Source: a virus (lineage: Duplodnaviria; Caudoviricetes). From it: a stretch of 32,520 bases of DNA. The stretch lies in IMG/VR virus record IMGVR_UViG_3300036778_000217, positions 1 through 32,520 of that record, one strand, 5' to 3'. Both the position numbers and the translations under genes were made by a program. The notes under the pieces are model-generated. The model worked only from the letters and a program-made list of their open reading frames with translations, did not search any database and was not told the origin of the DNA. Position 1 is the first letter of the stretch; every line of letters starts with the position of its first letter. Of the stretch, positions 18,019-27,367 are shown one piece after another.

Positions 18019-18446
18019 AGATTCTGGCCGTATTGCTGGCACTGGCCGTGCTCGGGCTGCTGTGGTTACACCATGAGAACGGCAATTTAACCCGCTCGTT
18101 TGAGGCAGCAAACCGCGTCGCCGGTCAGCAGAAAACTGAGATTGGCATGCTGAGAAATCAGCTCAGCGTTGCCGGTCAGCTTGCCAGACGTAATGAATCC
18201 GCGCAGGTAGCGCTGCGTGACCAGCTCGCAAAGGCCGGAGAGGAAGCCAGCCGCCGTGAGCAAACCATTGTGAGATTACTCAATGAAAATGAAGATTTTC
18301 GCCGCTGGTATAACGCTCAGCTTCCTGATGCTGTGCGTCGGGTGCACGTCCGCCCCGCCTGCCACAGCGCCGGTGACTGTGATCAACGGTTGCCCGAGGG
18401 TGAGCCTTTGCCCGATGCCGGGAAGCGATCCGAAAACGAATGGTGA
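18015..18446 (+). CDS. lysB: i-spanin LysB (Rz-like)
   Basis: N-terminal TM, coiled coil, ENEDFRRWY..LPDAVRR. Confidence 0.9.
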   Translation: MKILAVLLALAVLGLLWLHHENGNLTRSFEAANRVAGQQKTEIGMLRNQLSVAGQLARRNESAQVALRDQLAKAGEEASRREQTIVRLLNENEDFRRWYNAQLPDAVRRVHVRPACHSAGDCDQRLPEGEPLPDAGKRSENEW

Positions 18447-18573
18447 CCTGAGCGCGGATATTCGCCGCCTTGAGGGCGCGCTGACCGCCTGTGCGCTGCA
18501 GGTCAAAACCGTCAAACACTGTCAGGATGAACTCGATGCAGAAGCACAAAAGCCTGCGAAAAGCGCTGATTAG
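18283..18573 (+). CDS. lysC: o-spanin LysC (Rz1-like lipoprotein), overlapping lysB
   Basis: Lipobox-like LCVGC, Pro-rich segment, CPRVSLC..NGDL..CALQV. Confidence 0.85.
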   Translation: MKMKIFAAGITLSFLMLCVGCTSAPPATAPVTVINGCPRVSLCPMPGSDPKTNGDLSADIRRLEGALTACALQVKTVKHCQDELDAEAQKPAKSAD

Positions 18574-19003
18574 CGCCGTGCCGCAGCTCAAAACCAACCC
18601 AGAGATGCTGCGCCTTTTCGCCGACAACGGGCATACCGATTCCCGACTGGCGAGCTCGCTGTCGTTTGAAAAGGTGTACGTGCTTAACGTGGTGGTGACC
18701 GACTTCACTGGCGACCTCGACCTGATTTTCGTGCCAGTGCAGGCGTGGCTGCGTGAGCATCAGCCGGACATTATGACCACCGACGACGGGCGGGAAAAAG
18801 GATTCACCTGGATTATTGATATCAATAACGACGATTCGCTCGATATCAGTATCAGCCTGAGGCTCACCGAGCGCACGCTCGTCAAAGAGGTCGACGGCGC
18901 GCTGCACGTCAGCTATGCGCCAGAGCCTCTGCTGCCTGAGCCGGTGACGCGCCCAGTGGAGCTGTACGTTAACGGCGAGCTGGTGAGTCAGTGGGATGAG
19001 TGA
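18536..19003 (+). CDS. R: Tail completion protein gpR
   Basis: MQKHKSLRKAL, SLSFE, WLREHQPD, ISLRLTER. Confidence 0.92.
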   Translation: MQKHKSLRKALISAVPQLKTNPEMLRLFADNGHTDSRLASSLSFEKVYVLNVVVTDFTGDLDLIFVPVQAWLREHQPDIMTTDDGREKGFTWIIDINNDDSLDISISLRLTERTLVKEVDGALHVSYAPEPLLPEPVTRPVELYVNGELVSQWDE

Positions 19004-19454
19004 GCTAACCGCACTGCAGGAGCGCCTCGCCGGTCTGATTGCCAGCCTGTCACCGGCGGCGCGCCGGAAAATGGCGGTTGATATTGCCAAAAAGCTGCGC
19101 GCCAGCCAGCAACAGCGCATTAAGCGCCAGCAGGCACCCGACGGCACCCCGTATGCCGCCAGAAAACGCCAGCCGGTGCGGAGCAAGAAAGGCCGCATTA
19201 AGCGTGAGATGTTCGCCAAACTGCGCACTAACCGCTTTATAAAAGCCAAAGGCAGCGACGGTGCGGCGATGGTGGAGTTTACCGGCAAGGTGCAGCGTAT
19301 CGCACGGGTTCATCAGTTAGGGCTTAAGGATAAGCCCGGACGCAACAGTGCCGCCGTGGAATATCCTGTTCGTAAGCTGCTCGGCTTTTCAAACAACGAC
19401 CAGAGACTACTTGAAGACATGATCTATGATGAGTTAGGCAAAACGTTGAATTAG
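18996..19454 (+). CDS. S: Tail completion/virion morphogenesis protein gpS
   Basis: QQQRIKRQQAPDGTPYAARK, IARVHQLG, YPVRKLLG. Confidence 0.93.
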   Translation: MSELTALQERLAGLIASLSPAARRKMAVDIAKKLRASQQQRIKRQQAPDGTPYAARKRQPVRSKKGRIKREMFAKLRTNRFIKAKGSDGAAMVEFTGKVQRIARVHQLGLKDKPGRNSAAVEYPVRKLLGFSNNDQRLLEDMIYDELGKTLN

Positions 19455-19456
19455 TT

Positions 19457-19485
19457 TTGGAATGGCTTTCTTTTTTTGGTATTTT
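19457..19485 (+). promoter_or_regulatory. Putative sigma70 promoter of the moron
   Basis: TTGGAA-17 bp-TATTTT with a TGn extended -10, 22 bp before ATG 19508. Confidence 0.4.
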
Positions 19486-19507
19486 GCTACTAAAAAGAGA
19501 GGTGGAT

Positions 19508-20857
19508 ATGGACGAAAAAAAGTACCAGATTTTTGTTAGCTCTACATACGAAGATCTATTTCAAGCACGAAAGAAAATTATTGAGACTGTTTTGAGTTTA
19601 TATCATTTCCCTGTCGGTATGGAGATGTTTAGTGCTGACGATTCTGAACAGTGGGATATTATAAGGGAGACAATTGAAGGTAGTGACTATTATGTCATCA
19701 TAATTGGTCATAAATACGGGTCCGTTGCTTCGTCAGGGTTGAGTTATACAGAGATGGAGTATGATTACGCTAAGTCTCTTGGTATTCCTGTACTCGCCTT
19801 TATAAGAGATAGAGATGTTGGGACTTTACCTAATGAGCGCGAAAGTGATTCAAAAAAAAGCGAATGCTTAGAGCGATTTATTGAGAAAGCCAAAGCTAAT
19901 AAAATGTGTGATTTTTGGGTTTCTATGGATGATTTGGCAACGAAGGTTGCAATAGCTCTACCGAAAATAATGCGACGAACACCCCGGGTGGGATGGGTCA
20001 GAGGAGATCAAGCCACACCGAAAGAAGTATCTAATGAGTTAGCTGAATTATCTACAGAGAACAGAAAGCTTCGAGAAAGGTTGAGGGAGTATGAAAGCCA
20101 ATTACTTTCTGAAACCCCTGTTCTTAAATTATCAATGATAGACGAAAAACTGACTTTATCGCTCGCTGAAGTCCAATCGGAACAGGAATATATACCTCAG
20201 TTACGGCGGAGCGATTTGCCAGAAGGGTACGGAGAACTAATTACTGATGCGCAGCTGGCGGAGTATAATGAAAAAATACCATCAAATGAAAAAATAGACT
20301 CATACAATAGAAAGCTGTTCTTGTTTAAGTGTTATGAAGATAGTGCTTATAAAATCACCCCGGTACTGGAGAATTTAGGGCGTAAAGTCGCTACAGATAT
20401 TTATATTGATGTCGAGTTACCTGATTTTTTAGTGGCCCTCAGTCACAGTAATGAAAGTATTTTTACGGAGTTGCCAATTATTGAAATTCCGACGCATCCT
20501 GTGGAAATGGAACGAAAGAAAAGGAAAGCAAGAGGGGCGATACGTGATATTAGAAAAGCTTTAATGACAGGTGATTATTTTGGGAGTGAGTTACCTTCAA
20601 CAAAAGCTCAAGAGTTGAGATTATCTAATGTGCTTAACCGCATTCAGCCGGTTAACCCCTCAGATTGGATTCGTTATGAAAAAGGAAGAATAACTCTTCG
20701 AGCAAAAAAATTGTTGCAAACACGGTCATTAACATTCGATGAAATAACATTAATCCCAATTGCCGAAGGAAAGGGGGTTGTCAAAATCAAAATAGTTTGT
20801 GAGGAATTGAAAGAACCTGTGATTTTCAGCCACGCTGTATCAGTTTTGCCCCATTAA
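19508..20857 (+). CDS. DUF4062 (TIR/NDT-like) domain protein with coiled coil and C-terminal beta-rich domain; moron
   Basis: KYQIFVSSTYEDL, PVGME, SDYYVIIIGHKYGS and SYTEMEYDYA..GIPVLAF are DUF4062 hallmarks; GAGGTGG SD; AT-rich insert between S and V. Confidence 0.85.
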   Translation: MDEKKYQIFVSSTYEDLFQARKKIIETVLSLYHFPVGMEMFSADDSEQWDIIRETIEGSDYYVIIIGHKYGSVASSGLSYTEMEYDYAKSLGIPVLAFIRDRDVGTLPNERESDSKKSECLERFIEKAKANKMCDFWVSMDDLATKVAIALPKIMRRTPRVGWVRGDQATPKEVSNELAELSTENRKLRERLREYESQLLSETPVLKLSMIDEKLTLSLAEVQSEQEYIPQLRRSDLPEGYGELITDAQLAEYNEKIPSNEKIDSYNRKLFLFKCYEDSAYKITPVLENLGRKVATDIYIDVELPDFLVALSHSNESIFTELPIIEIPTHPVEMERKKRKARGAIRDIRKALMTGDYFGSELPSTKAQELRLSNVLNRIQPVNPSDWIRYEKGRITLRAKKLLQTRSLTFDEITLIPIAEGKGVVKIKIVCEELKEPVIFSHAVSVLPH

Positions 20858-20863
20858 TCCAGT

Positions 20864-20927
20864 TGTGTAGTAGGTCATAAAGCCATACTGAATTGCCGTT
20901 GGTATCACCCAGCGGCATCCTTCCAGT
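20864..20927 (+). promoter_or_regulatory. Late promoter pV (probably yields a leaderless mRNA)
   Basis: TGT-N12-AAA centred about 55 bp upstream of the ATG; CATCCT -10 ends 6 bp before ATG 20928; no SD. Confidence 0.6.
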
Positions 20928-21569
20928 ATGAACACACTTGCAAATATTCAGGAACTCTCCCGCGGGCTACGCAACATGATTCGCACTGGTCTCATTGTCG
21001 AAACAGACCTTGATGCCGGTCGCTGTCGCGTACAGACCGGCGGCATTTACACAGACTGGCTCCAATGGTTAACCCATCGAGCTGGGCGCTCGCGGACGTG
21101 GTGGGCTCCCTCGGTCGGCGAGCAGGTGCTGCTGCTGGCCATTGGTGGCGAGCTCGATACCGCTTTCGTGCTGCCGGGTATTTTCTCTGACGACAACCCT
21201 GCCCCGTCTGCCTCGGCGGATGCGTGGCATGTGGCTTTCCCTGATGGCGCGGTCATCGAGTACGAGCCGGAGGTCAGCGCGCTGACGGTCAGCGGCATCA
21301 AAACCGCCGACGTGACGGCGTCGGAGTCCATCACGACCACCGTGCCGGTGGTGCTGGTGAAAGCCGAGACCCGCATCACCCTCGACACCCCGGAAGTGGT
21401 CTGTACCAACAAGCTGACGACCGCGACGCTTGAGGTGCAAAAGGGCGGCACCATGCGCGGCAATATCGAACACACCGGCGGCGCGTTTAAATCAAACGGC
21501 GTGCAGGTGGATAGCCACGGTCACGGCGGCGTTGAAAATGGCGGAAGCTGGACGGAGGGCACCAAATGA
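20928..21569 (+). CDS. V: Baseplate spike gpV
   Basis: NMIRTG, WWAPSVGEQV, C-terminal HxH (SHGHGGV). Confidence 0.95.
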   Translation: MNTLANIQELSRGLRNMIRTGLIVETDLDAGRCRVQTGGIYTDWLQWLTHRAGRSRTWWAPSVGEQVLLLAIGGELDTAFVLPGIFSDDNPAPSASADAWHVAFPDGAVIEYEPEVSALTVSGIKTADVTASESITTTVPVVLVKAETRITLDTPEVVCTNKLTTATLEVQKGGTMRGNIEHTGGAFKSNGVQVDSHGHGGVENGGSWTEGTK

Positions 21570-21913
21570 CGGCGCGCTATATGGGAATGAACCGCAGCAC
21601 CGGCCTCGGCATCAGCGACACTGAGCACATCAGCCAGAGCGTGCGCGATATTCTGCTGACGCCGGTCGGCTCTCGGGTGATGCGCCGCGAGTACGGCTCG
21701 CTGCTGTCAGCGCTGATTGATATGCCGCAAAACCCGGCGCTCAGTCTGCAAATCATGGTGGCGTGCTATTCGGCGATCCTGCAGTGGGAACCCCGTATAA
21801 GGCTGACAAACATCACCTTTGAACGTGCCGAAACCGGGGCAATGTACGTCGACATTACCGGCACTCTGGCAGACACCGGCGCGCCGCTCTCCTCCACCGT
21901 TTCACTGAGTTAA
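21566..21913 (+). CDS. W: Baseplate protein gpW
   Basis: HISQSVRDILLTPVGSRVMRREYGS, WEPRI. Confidence 0.95.
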   Translation: MTARYMGMNRSTGLGISDTEHISQSVRDILLTPVGSRVMRREYGSLLSALIDMPQNPALSLQIMVACYSAILQWEPRIRLTNITFERAETGAMYVDITGTLADTGAPLSSTVSLS

Positions 21914-21919
21914 ATCACT

Positions 21920-22828
21920 ATGGCAACCGTAGACCTGAGCCAGCTCCCCGCCCCGGATATCGTCGAGGAGCTTGATTTCGAGACCATCCTCACCGAGCGA
22001 AAGGCGACGCTGATTTCGCTCTACCCGGAGGAACAGCAGGAGGCTATCGCCCGGACGCTGACCTTTGAATCAGAGCCGATTGTTAAGCTGCTCGAAGAAA
22101 ATGCTTACCGGGAAATTATCTGGCGTCAGCGGGTGAACGAGGCCGCGCGGGCGGTCATGCTGGCCTATGCCGAAAAAAACGACCTCGACGTGCTCAGTGC
22201 CAACTCAAACGTTGAGCGACTGGTGATTACTCCGGCCGATGACTCGACCATCCCGCCAACCCCTGCCGTCATGGAGTCTGACACCGATTTGCGCCTGCGC
22301 ACGCAACAGGCCTTTGAAGGGCTAAGCGTAGCGGGTCCGGTCGGGGCGTATCAGTATCATGGCCGCAGCGCCGACGGGCGCGTCGCCGATATCTCTGTTA
22401 TCAGCCCGTCACCGGCCTGCGTCACGATTTCAGTGTTATCACGTGAGGATAACGGTATCGCCTCCGAGGCGCTGCTGAGCGTGGTGCGAAACGCTTTAAA
22501 CGGTGAAGACGTGCGCCCCGTAGCTGACCGTCTGACCGTCCAGTCGGCGAGCATCGTCAGCTACACCATTGATGCCACGCTGTATCTCTACCCCGGCCCT
22601 GAGAGTGAGCCCGTCCGTAAGGCGGCAGAGCAAAAGCTAAAGTCCTATATCACCGCGCAGCATCGGCTCGGGCGGGATATTCGTAAATCCGCCATCTATG
22701 CCGCGCTGCACGTTGAAGGTGTGCAGCGGGTCGAGCTGGCCGCGCCGCTCAGCGACATTGTGCTCGATGAGACGCAGGCCTCTTTCTGCACCGAATACAG
22801 CATCACTATCGGGGGCTCTGATGAGTGA
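21920..22828 (+). CDS. J: Baseplate protein gpJ
   Basis: VDLSQLPAP, SVAGPVGAY, VRPVADR. Confidence 0.95.
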   Translation: MATVDLSQLPAPDIVEELDFETILTERKATLISLYPEEQQEAIARTLTFESEPIVKLLEENAYREIIWRQRVNEAARAVMLAYAEKNDLDVLSANSNVERLVITPADDSTIPPTPAVMESDTDLRLRTQQAFEGLSVAGPVGAYQYHGRSADGRVADISVISPSPACVTISVLSREDNGIASEALLSVVRNALNGEDVRPVADRLTVQSASIVSYTIDATLYLYPGPESEPVRKAAEQKLKSYITAQHRLGRDIRKSAIYAALHVEGVQRVELAAPLSDIVLDETQASFCTEYSITIGGSDE

Positions 22829-23363
22829 CTCTCGTCTGCTGCCGGTAGGCTCGTCTCAGCTGGAGGTTGCCGCCGCGCAGGCCTGCGCAGAAATTCAGGC
22901 GACCCCGGTCAACCTGCGCGTGCTCTGGAACCCGGATACCTGCCCGGTCAGCCTGCTGCCCTATCTGGCGTGGGCGTTTTCCGTTGACCGCTGGGATGAA
23001 AAATGGCCGGAAGAAACAAAGCGGGAGGTGGTGCGCAGCGCGTATTTAATCCACCGACGCAAAGGCACTATCGGTGCTATCCGGCGCGTGGTGGAGCCGC
23101 TCGGCTATGTCATCAACGTCACGGAATGGTGGGAAACCAGCGATCCACCGGGAACCTTTCGCCTCGATATCGGGGTGCTGGAAAGCGGTATCACTGAGGA
23201 AATGTATTACGAAATGGAAAGGCTGATTAGTGATGCCAAATCCGCCAGCCGTCACCTTATTGGCCTGAACATCATTCAGGACGTCATCGGCGGGATGTAC
23301 ACCGGCGGTGCGGTATGGGATGGCGACATTATTACGGTTTACCCTGAAAGCGAGGCGTTATGA
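22821..23363 (+). CDS. I: Baseplate/tail protein gpI
   Basis: LWNPDTCP..LLPYLAWAFSVDRWD, HRRKGT; start ATG 22821. Confidence 0.94.
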   Translation: MSDSRLLPVGSSQLEVAAAQACAEIQATPVNLRVLWNPDTCPVSLLPYLAWAFSVDRWDEKWPEETKREVVRSAYLIHRRKGTIGAIRRVVEPLGYVINVTEWWETSDPPGTFRLDIGVLESGITEEMYYEMERLISDAKSASRHLIGLNIIQDVIGGMYTGGAVWDGDIITVYPESEAL

Positions 23364-25495
23364 GCACAAAATATAAAACGATTATTACCCACGCGGGGGC
23401 GGAAAAATTCGCCGCTGCGACGCTTCCGGGTGGGAAAAAGGTCAACATTACCGCGATGGCTATCGGTGACGGCGGCGGGAGCTTACCCGAACCAAACGCC
23501 GCGCAGACACAACTTATTAATGAGGTCTGGCGGCACGCGCTGAATAAAATCAGCCAGGACAACAAGAAAAAGAATTATATCGTTGCCGAGCTGGTTATCC
23601 CGCCCGAGGTGGGGGGGTTCTGGTCGCGTGAAATGGGGCTTTACGACGACACCGGCACTATGGTTGCCGTGGCGAACATGGCCGAGAGCTACAAGCCAGA
23701 GCTGGCTGAGGGCTCAGGTCGTGCGCAAACGGTGCGTATGGTCATCATGGTCTGCGACATCACCTCCGTTGAGCTGTCGATTGATGGCTCAGTGGTGATG
23801 GCGACAAAAGACTATGTGGATGACGCCATCGCTGAACACGAGAAATCGCGCCGCCACCCTGATGCGAGCCTGACAGAAAAAGGGTTCACGCGGCTTAACA
23901 GCGCGGCTGATAGCGTAGATGAAACCACCGCCGCCACACCGAAAGCGGTAAAAATTGCGATGGACAACGCGAGCGTGAGGCTGGCTAAAGAACGCAACCT
24001 CGCCGATTTACCGAATCCGGCGCTGGCTCGCCAGAGCCTGCAATTAGGCGACAGTGCGACCAAAAACACCGGCACAACGGCCAATACCGTTGCCGCAGGT
24101 GATGACACCCGCATCGTTGGCGCTATGCAAAGAGGCCAGAACGGCGCAGATATTCCAGATAAAGATTTATTCGTGCGTACTGCCGGAGCTGCAAGGGCAT
24201 ACAGTGCCGCAATCCATATTGGCGGCGACAACAATCCATGGACTACCGCTGAGTTTATTGTATGGCTGGAGGGGCAGGGGGCATTTAATCACCCATACTG
24301 GATGTGTAAGGGGTCATGGACTTATGCCAATAATAAGTTAATTACAGACACGGGATGCGGGGATATCCACCTGGCTGGTGCTGTTGTTGAGGTGATGGGT
24401 ACACGCGGTGCAATGACTATACGTATCACAACGTCATCAACCGCAACCAGTGGCGGCATCACCAATGCACAATTCACCTATATCAATAACGGCGATGCGT
24501 ATGCACCGGGCTGGCGACGTGATTACAACACCGCGAATAAACCGTCTGCCTCTGATGTCGGGGCAGTATCGGCTAATGGCGGAAACTACAACCACACTTT
24601 CAAATTTGGCCGGGTTGAAACAATACCCACAGAAAAAAACATGTCGGCTTTGTTCAACCAGACGGGCGACGCTGGCACTATCGTTTCAGGTGCGGAATAC
24701 AACTGGTACAACGATAAGATAACTACCGGCATTACGCGGGGCAGTAGCGACAGTGCCTGGGGTTATGCTATTCGATTAAACGGCAATGATTTGCTGACCC
24801 TCGATACAACCGGATATGCAAGGTTTACGGGAGATGTAGTTTCCAGTGGCGGCATCATGGGGCTACAGGGGGATGATCGCCGACATTTTGTAATTAATAA
24901 TGCGGACGGTTCCACGCGTCTTTATATCTACAAAGATAAAGGCGGTGATGGCATCCGCTTTACTAATGGTGTTGATGGTGGCGGGACTTTCATTATGGGC
25001 AATGGTGGCCAATTCACTTCACCCGCTACCATTCACGCAGGTGCCGCAACACTAGAGACTAACGGTGATGTTTATGGCTCTGTGTGGGGTACTAATTGGC
25101 TTAGTATCTGGCTAAATAATCAGTTCGCCGCCCGCGATGCCAATATTAATAACCGTGCCACATGGGACTACGTTAATGGCCGCACGCACGGGTGGACTGA
25201 CGGCGAGAGCGGTTGGTGGAAAGATGAAAACAGCGGTTTTATCTACCAGTGGACTGTTGGTCCTTGGGTTAAAGACGACGAGAACGTTTATTCCGTAAAC
25301 TTCCCTATGCGCTTTCCCAATCAATGTTGCACGGTGAACGTGGGTACTCATGGACAGAGTGAGGGTAACCGTAGCGATGCCAATGCCGTGGTTTATGGCT
25401 GGAATCAGGATATCTGCCGGGTACAAATGAATATTCCCGGAGAGTCTTCATGGTGGCAGCCGATGCGAGCTATTATTTTTGCGATTGGGAGGTAA
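23360..25495 (+). CDS. H: Tail fibre protein gpH
   Basis: P2 H N-terminus (AIGDGGG, GGFWSREMGL, YKPELAEGSGR), HPDASL..KGF repeat, variable C-terminus. Confidence 0.93.
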   Translation: MSTKYKTIITHAGAEKFAAATLPGGKKVNITAMAIGDGGGSLPEPNAAQTQLINEVWRHALNKISQDNKKKNYIVAELVIPPEVGGFWSREMGLYDDTGTMVAVANMAESYKPELAEGSGRAQTVRMVIMVCDITSVELSIDGSVVMATKDYVDDAIAEHEKSRRHPDASLTEKGFTRLNSAADSVDETTAATPKAVKIAMDNASVRLAKERNLADLPNPALARQSLQLGDSATKNTGTTANTVAAGDDTRIVGAMQRGQNGADIPDKDLFVRTAGAARAYSAAIHIGGDNNPWTTAEFIVWLEGQGAFNHPYWMCKGSWTYANNKLITDTGCGDIHLAGAVVEVMGTRGAMTIRITTSSTATSGGITNAQFTYINNGDAYAPGWRRDYNTANKPSASDVGAVSANGGNYNHTFKFGRVETIPTEKNMSALFNQTGDAGTIVSGAEYNWYNDKITTGITRGSSDSAWGYAIRLNGNDLLTLDTTGYARFTGDVVSSGGIMGLQGDDRRHFVINNADGSTRLYIYKDKGGDGIRFTNGVDGGGTFIMGNGGQFTSPATIHAGAATLETNGDVYGSVWGTNWLSIWLNNQFAARDANINNRATWDYVNGRTHGWTDGESGWWKDENSGFIYQWTVGPWVKDDENVYSVNFPMRFPNQCCTVNVGTHGQSEGNRSDANAVVYGWNQDICRVQMNIPGESSWWQPMRAIIFAIGR

Positions 25496-25497
25496 CA

Positions 25498-26049
25498 GTG
25501 GAAAATACCAATAAAAAAGAATATCCCCTCAGTGCAGAACCAGCTCTTGTCGCGTGGTTTCAGCTGCCGGGAGATATGGGCCCTCAGTTAGAGAAAACAG
25601 AATCAAATTTTTATTTCTCTCCGGCAGAGCTTGTCTTTGTGGCATGCGTGATGAAAAAGGATTACGTCAAGGCTGGCTCATGGCCGCAGGATGCAAGACC
25701 GGTGAGCGATGAAACCTATGCGACATTTATCGCCAGCCCGCCGGAAGGGAAAATGCTGGCCTCTGATGATAAAGGTTCCCCATGCTGGGCAGATGTACCA
25801 CCACCGACCCGCGAACAACTCATCGCGGCGACGGAACGCAAAAAAAACCAGCTAATGAGCGACGCCGAGCGCGTGATGGCACCACTCGAACGGGCTGTTC
25901 GTCTGAATATGGCGACAGAGGATGAAAAGGCTCGATTAACTGAATGGGAAAAATACAGCGTTTTACTGAACAGAATTAACCCCGAAGATGCGCCAGAAAT
26001 AGACTGGCCTCCGGAGCCGGAATCATTAAGTCAGCGTGCTCATTTTTAA
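25498..26049 (+). CDS. Tail fibre assembly chaperone (gpG/Tfa-like)
   Basis: FYFSP..WPQDA..PPEGK..PCWAD..W.KYSVLLNRI..IDWP; GTG start with GGAGG SD. Confidence 0.85.
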   Translation: MENTNKKEYPLSAEPALVAWFQLPGDMGPQLEKTESNFYFSPAELVFVACVMKKDYVKAGSWPQDARPVSDETYATFIASPPEGKMLASDDKGSPCWADVPPPTREQLIAATERKKNQLMSDAERVMAPLERAVRLNMATEDEKARLTEWEKYSVLLNRINPEDAPEIDWPPEPESLSQRAHF

Positions 26050-26059
26050 ATAACAATAT

Positions 26060-26084
26060 CGGGCGGTCAGACGCCCGTTTTTCT
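26060..26084 (+). terminator. Terminator of the V operon
   Basis: CGGGCG-GTCAGA-CGCCCG followed by TTTTTCT. Confidence 0.7.
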
Positions 26085-26102
26085 TGTGCCAGCACTCACC
26101 CA
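26085..26102 (+). promoter_or_regulatory. Ogr/B-type activator site of late promoter pF
   Basis: TGT-N12-CCA upstream of FI, same form as the P-O site. Confidence 0.55.
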
Positions 26103-26174
26103 CCGGTAACAAATAGCCCCTCTCCATAGCAGCCAGGACAATAACACTCGCCCATTAACCACGGAGTTAACCGG

Positions 26175-27353
26175 ATGAGTGATTTTCACCACGGCGTGCA
26201 GGTGCTTGAAATTAACGACGGCACCCGCGTCATTTCCACGGTTTCGACCGCTATCATCGGCATGGTCTGCACGGCCAGCGATGCGGATGCGAAGCTATTC
26301 CCCCTCAATGAGCCGGTGCTGATTACCAATGTGCAGAGCGCCATTGCGAAAGCCGGTAAAAAAGGCACGCTGGCAACCTCCCTGCAGGCCATCGCCGACC
26401 AGTCGAAGCCGGTCACTATCGTCGTGCGAGTCGCCGAAGGTACCGGAGACGACGCTGAAGCGCAGACCATTTCAAACATCATCGGCGGGACGGATGAGAG
26501 CGGTAAATACACCGGTATCAAAGCGCTGTTGACGGCCGAAGCGGTCACCGGCGTCAAGCCGCGTATTCTTGGTGTGCCGGGTCTCGATACGCAGGAGGTC
26601 GCGACGGCGCTTGCGTCGGTGTGTATCAGCCTGCGGGCGTTTGGTTACGTCAGCGCGTGGGACTGTAAAACCATTTCTGACGCCATCAAATACCGCGAGA
26701 ATTTCAGCCAGCGCGAGCTGATGGTCATCTGGCCTGACTTCCTCGCATGGGACACCACCGCGAACGCCACCGCGACGGCCTACGCCACCGCCCGCGCGCT
26801 CGGTCTGCGAGCCAAAATCGACCAGACCATCGGCTGGCATAAAACCCTGTCAAACGTCGGCGTGCAGGGCGTCACCGGCATCAGCGCCTCGGTATTCTGG
26901 GATTTGCAGGCGTCCGGCACCGACGCTGACCTGCTCAACGAGGCCGGGGTCACGACGCTGGTGCGAAAAGACGGTTTCCGCTTCTGGGGTAACCGCACCT
27001 GCTCTGATGATCCGCTATTTCTCTTTGAGAACTACACCCGCACCGCGCAGGTGCTGGCCGACACGATGGCCGAGGCGCACATGTGGGCGGTCGATAAGCC
27101 CATCACCGCCACGCTCATTCGTGACATTGTCGACGGCATCAACGCCAAATTCCGCGAGCTGAAATCAAACGGCTACATCGTGGACGGCGAATGCTGGTTC
27201 GACGAGGAATCGAACGACAAGGAAACCCTCAAGGCCGGGAAACTGTATATCGACTACGACTATACCCCCGTCCCGCCACTGGAAAGCCTGACCCTGCGCC
27301 AGCGCATCACCGATAAATATCTGGTGAATCTGGCCGAATCGGTCAACAGCTAA
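26175..27353 (+). CDS. FI: Tail sheath protein FI
   Basis: FHHGVQV, KPRILGVPG, GFRFWGNRT. Confidence 0.96.
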   Translation: MSDFHHGVQVLEINDGTRVISTVSTAIIGMVCTASDADAKLFPLNEPVLITNVQSAIAKAGKKGTLATSLQAIADQSKPVTIVVRVAEGTGDDAEAQTISNIIGGTDESGKYTGIKALLTAEAVTGVKPRILGVPGLDTQEVATALASVCISLRAFGYVSAWDCKTISDAIKYRENFSQRELMVIWPDFLAWDTTANATATAYATARALGLRAKIDQTIGWHKTLSNVGVQGVTGISASVFWDLQASGTDADLLNEAGVTTLVRKDGFRFWGNRTCSDDPLFLFENYTRTAQVLADTMAEAHMWAVDKPITATLIRDIVDGINAKFRELKSNGYIVDGECWFDEESNDKETLKAGKLYIDYDYTPVPPLESLTLRQRITDKYLVNLAESVNS

Positions 27354-27367
27354 GGAGCCTGAGACAA

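Noticed and set aside
18512-19288. 258-aa minus-strand ORF
   Set aside because: Antisense to R and S with no independent signals. The same applies to the many shorter shadow ORFs within int, A, P, Q, FI, FII and T.
19457-19507. TTG-start extension of the DUF4062 ORF (apparent hydrophobic leader)
   Set aside because: It coincides with the T-rich promoter region; a strong SD precedes ATG 19508, where the domain begins.
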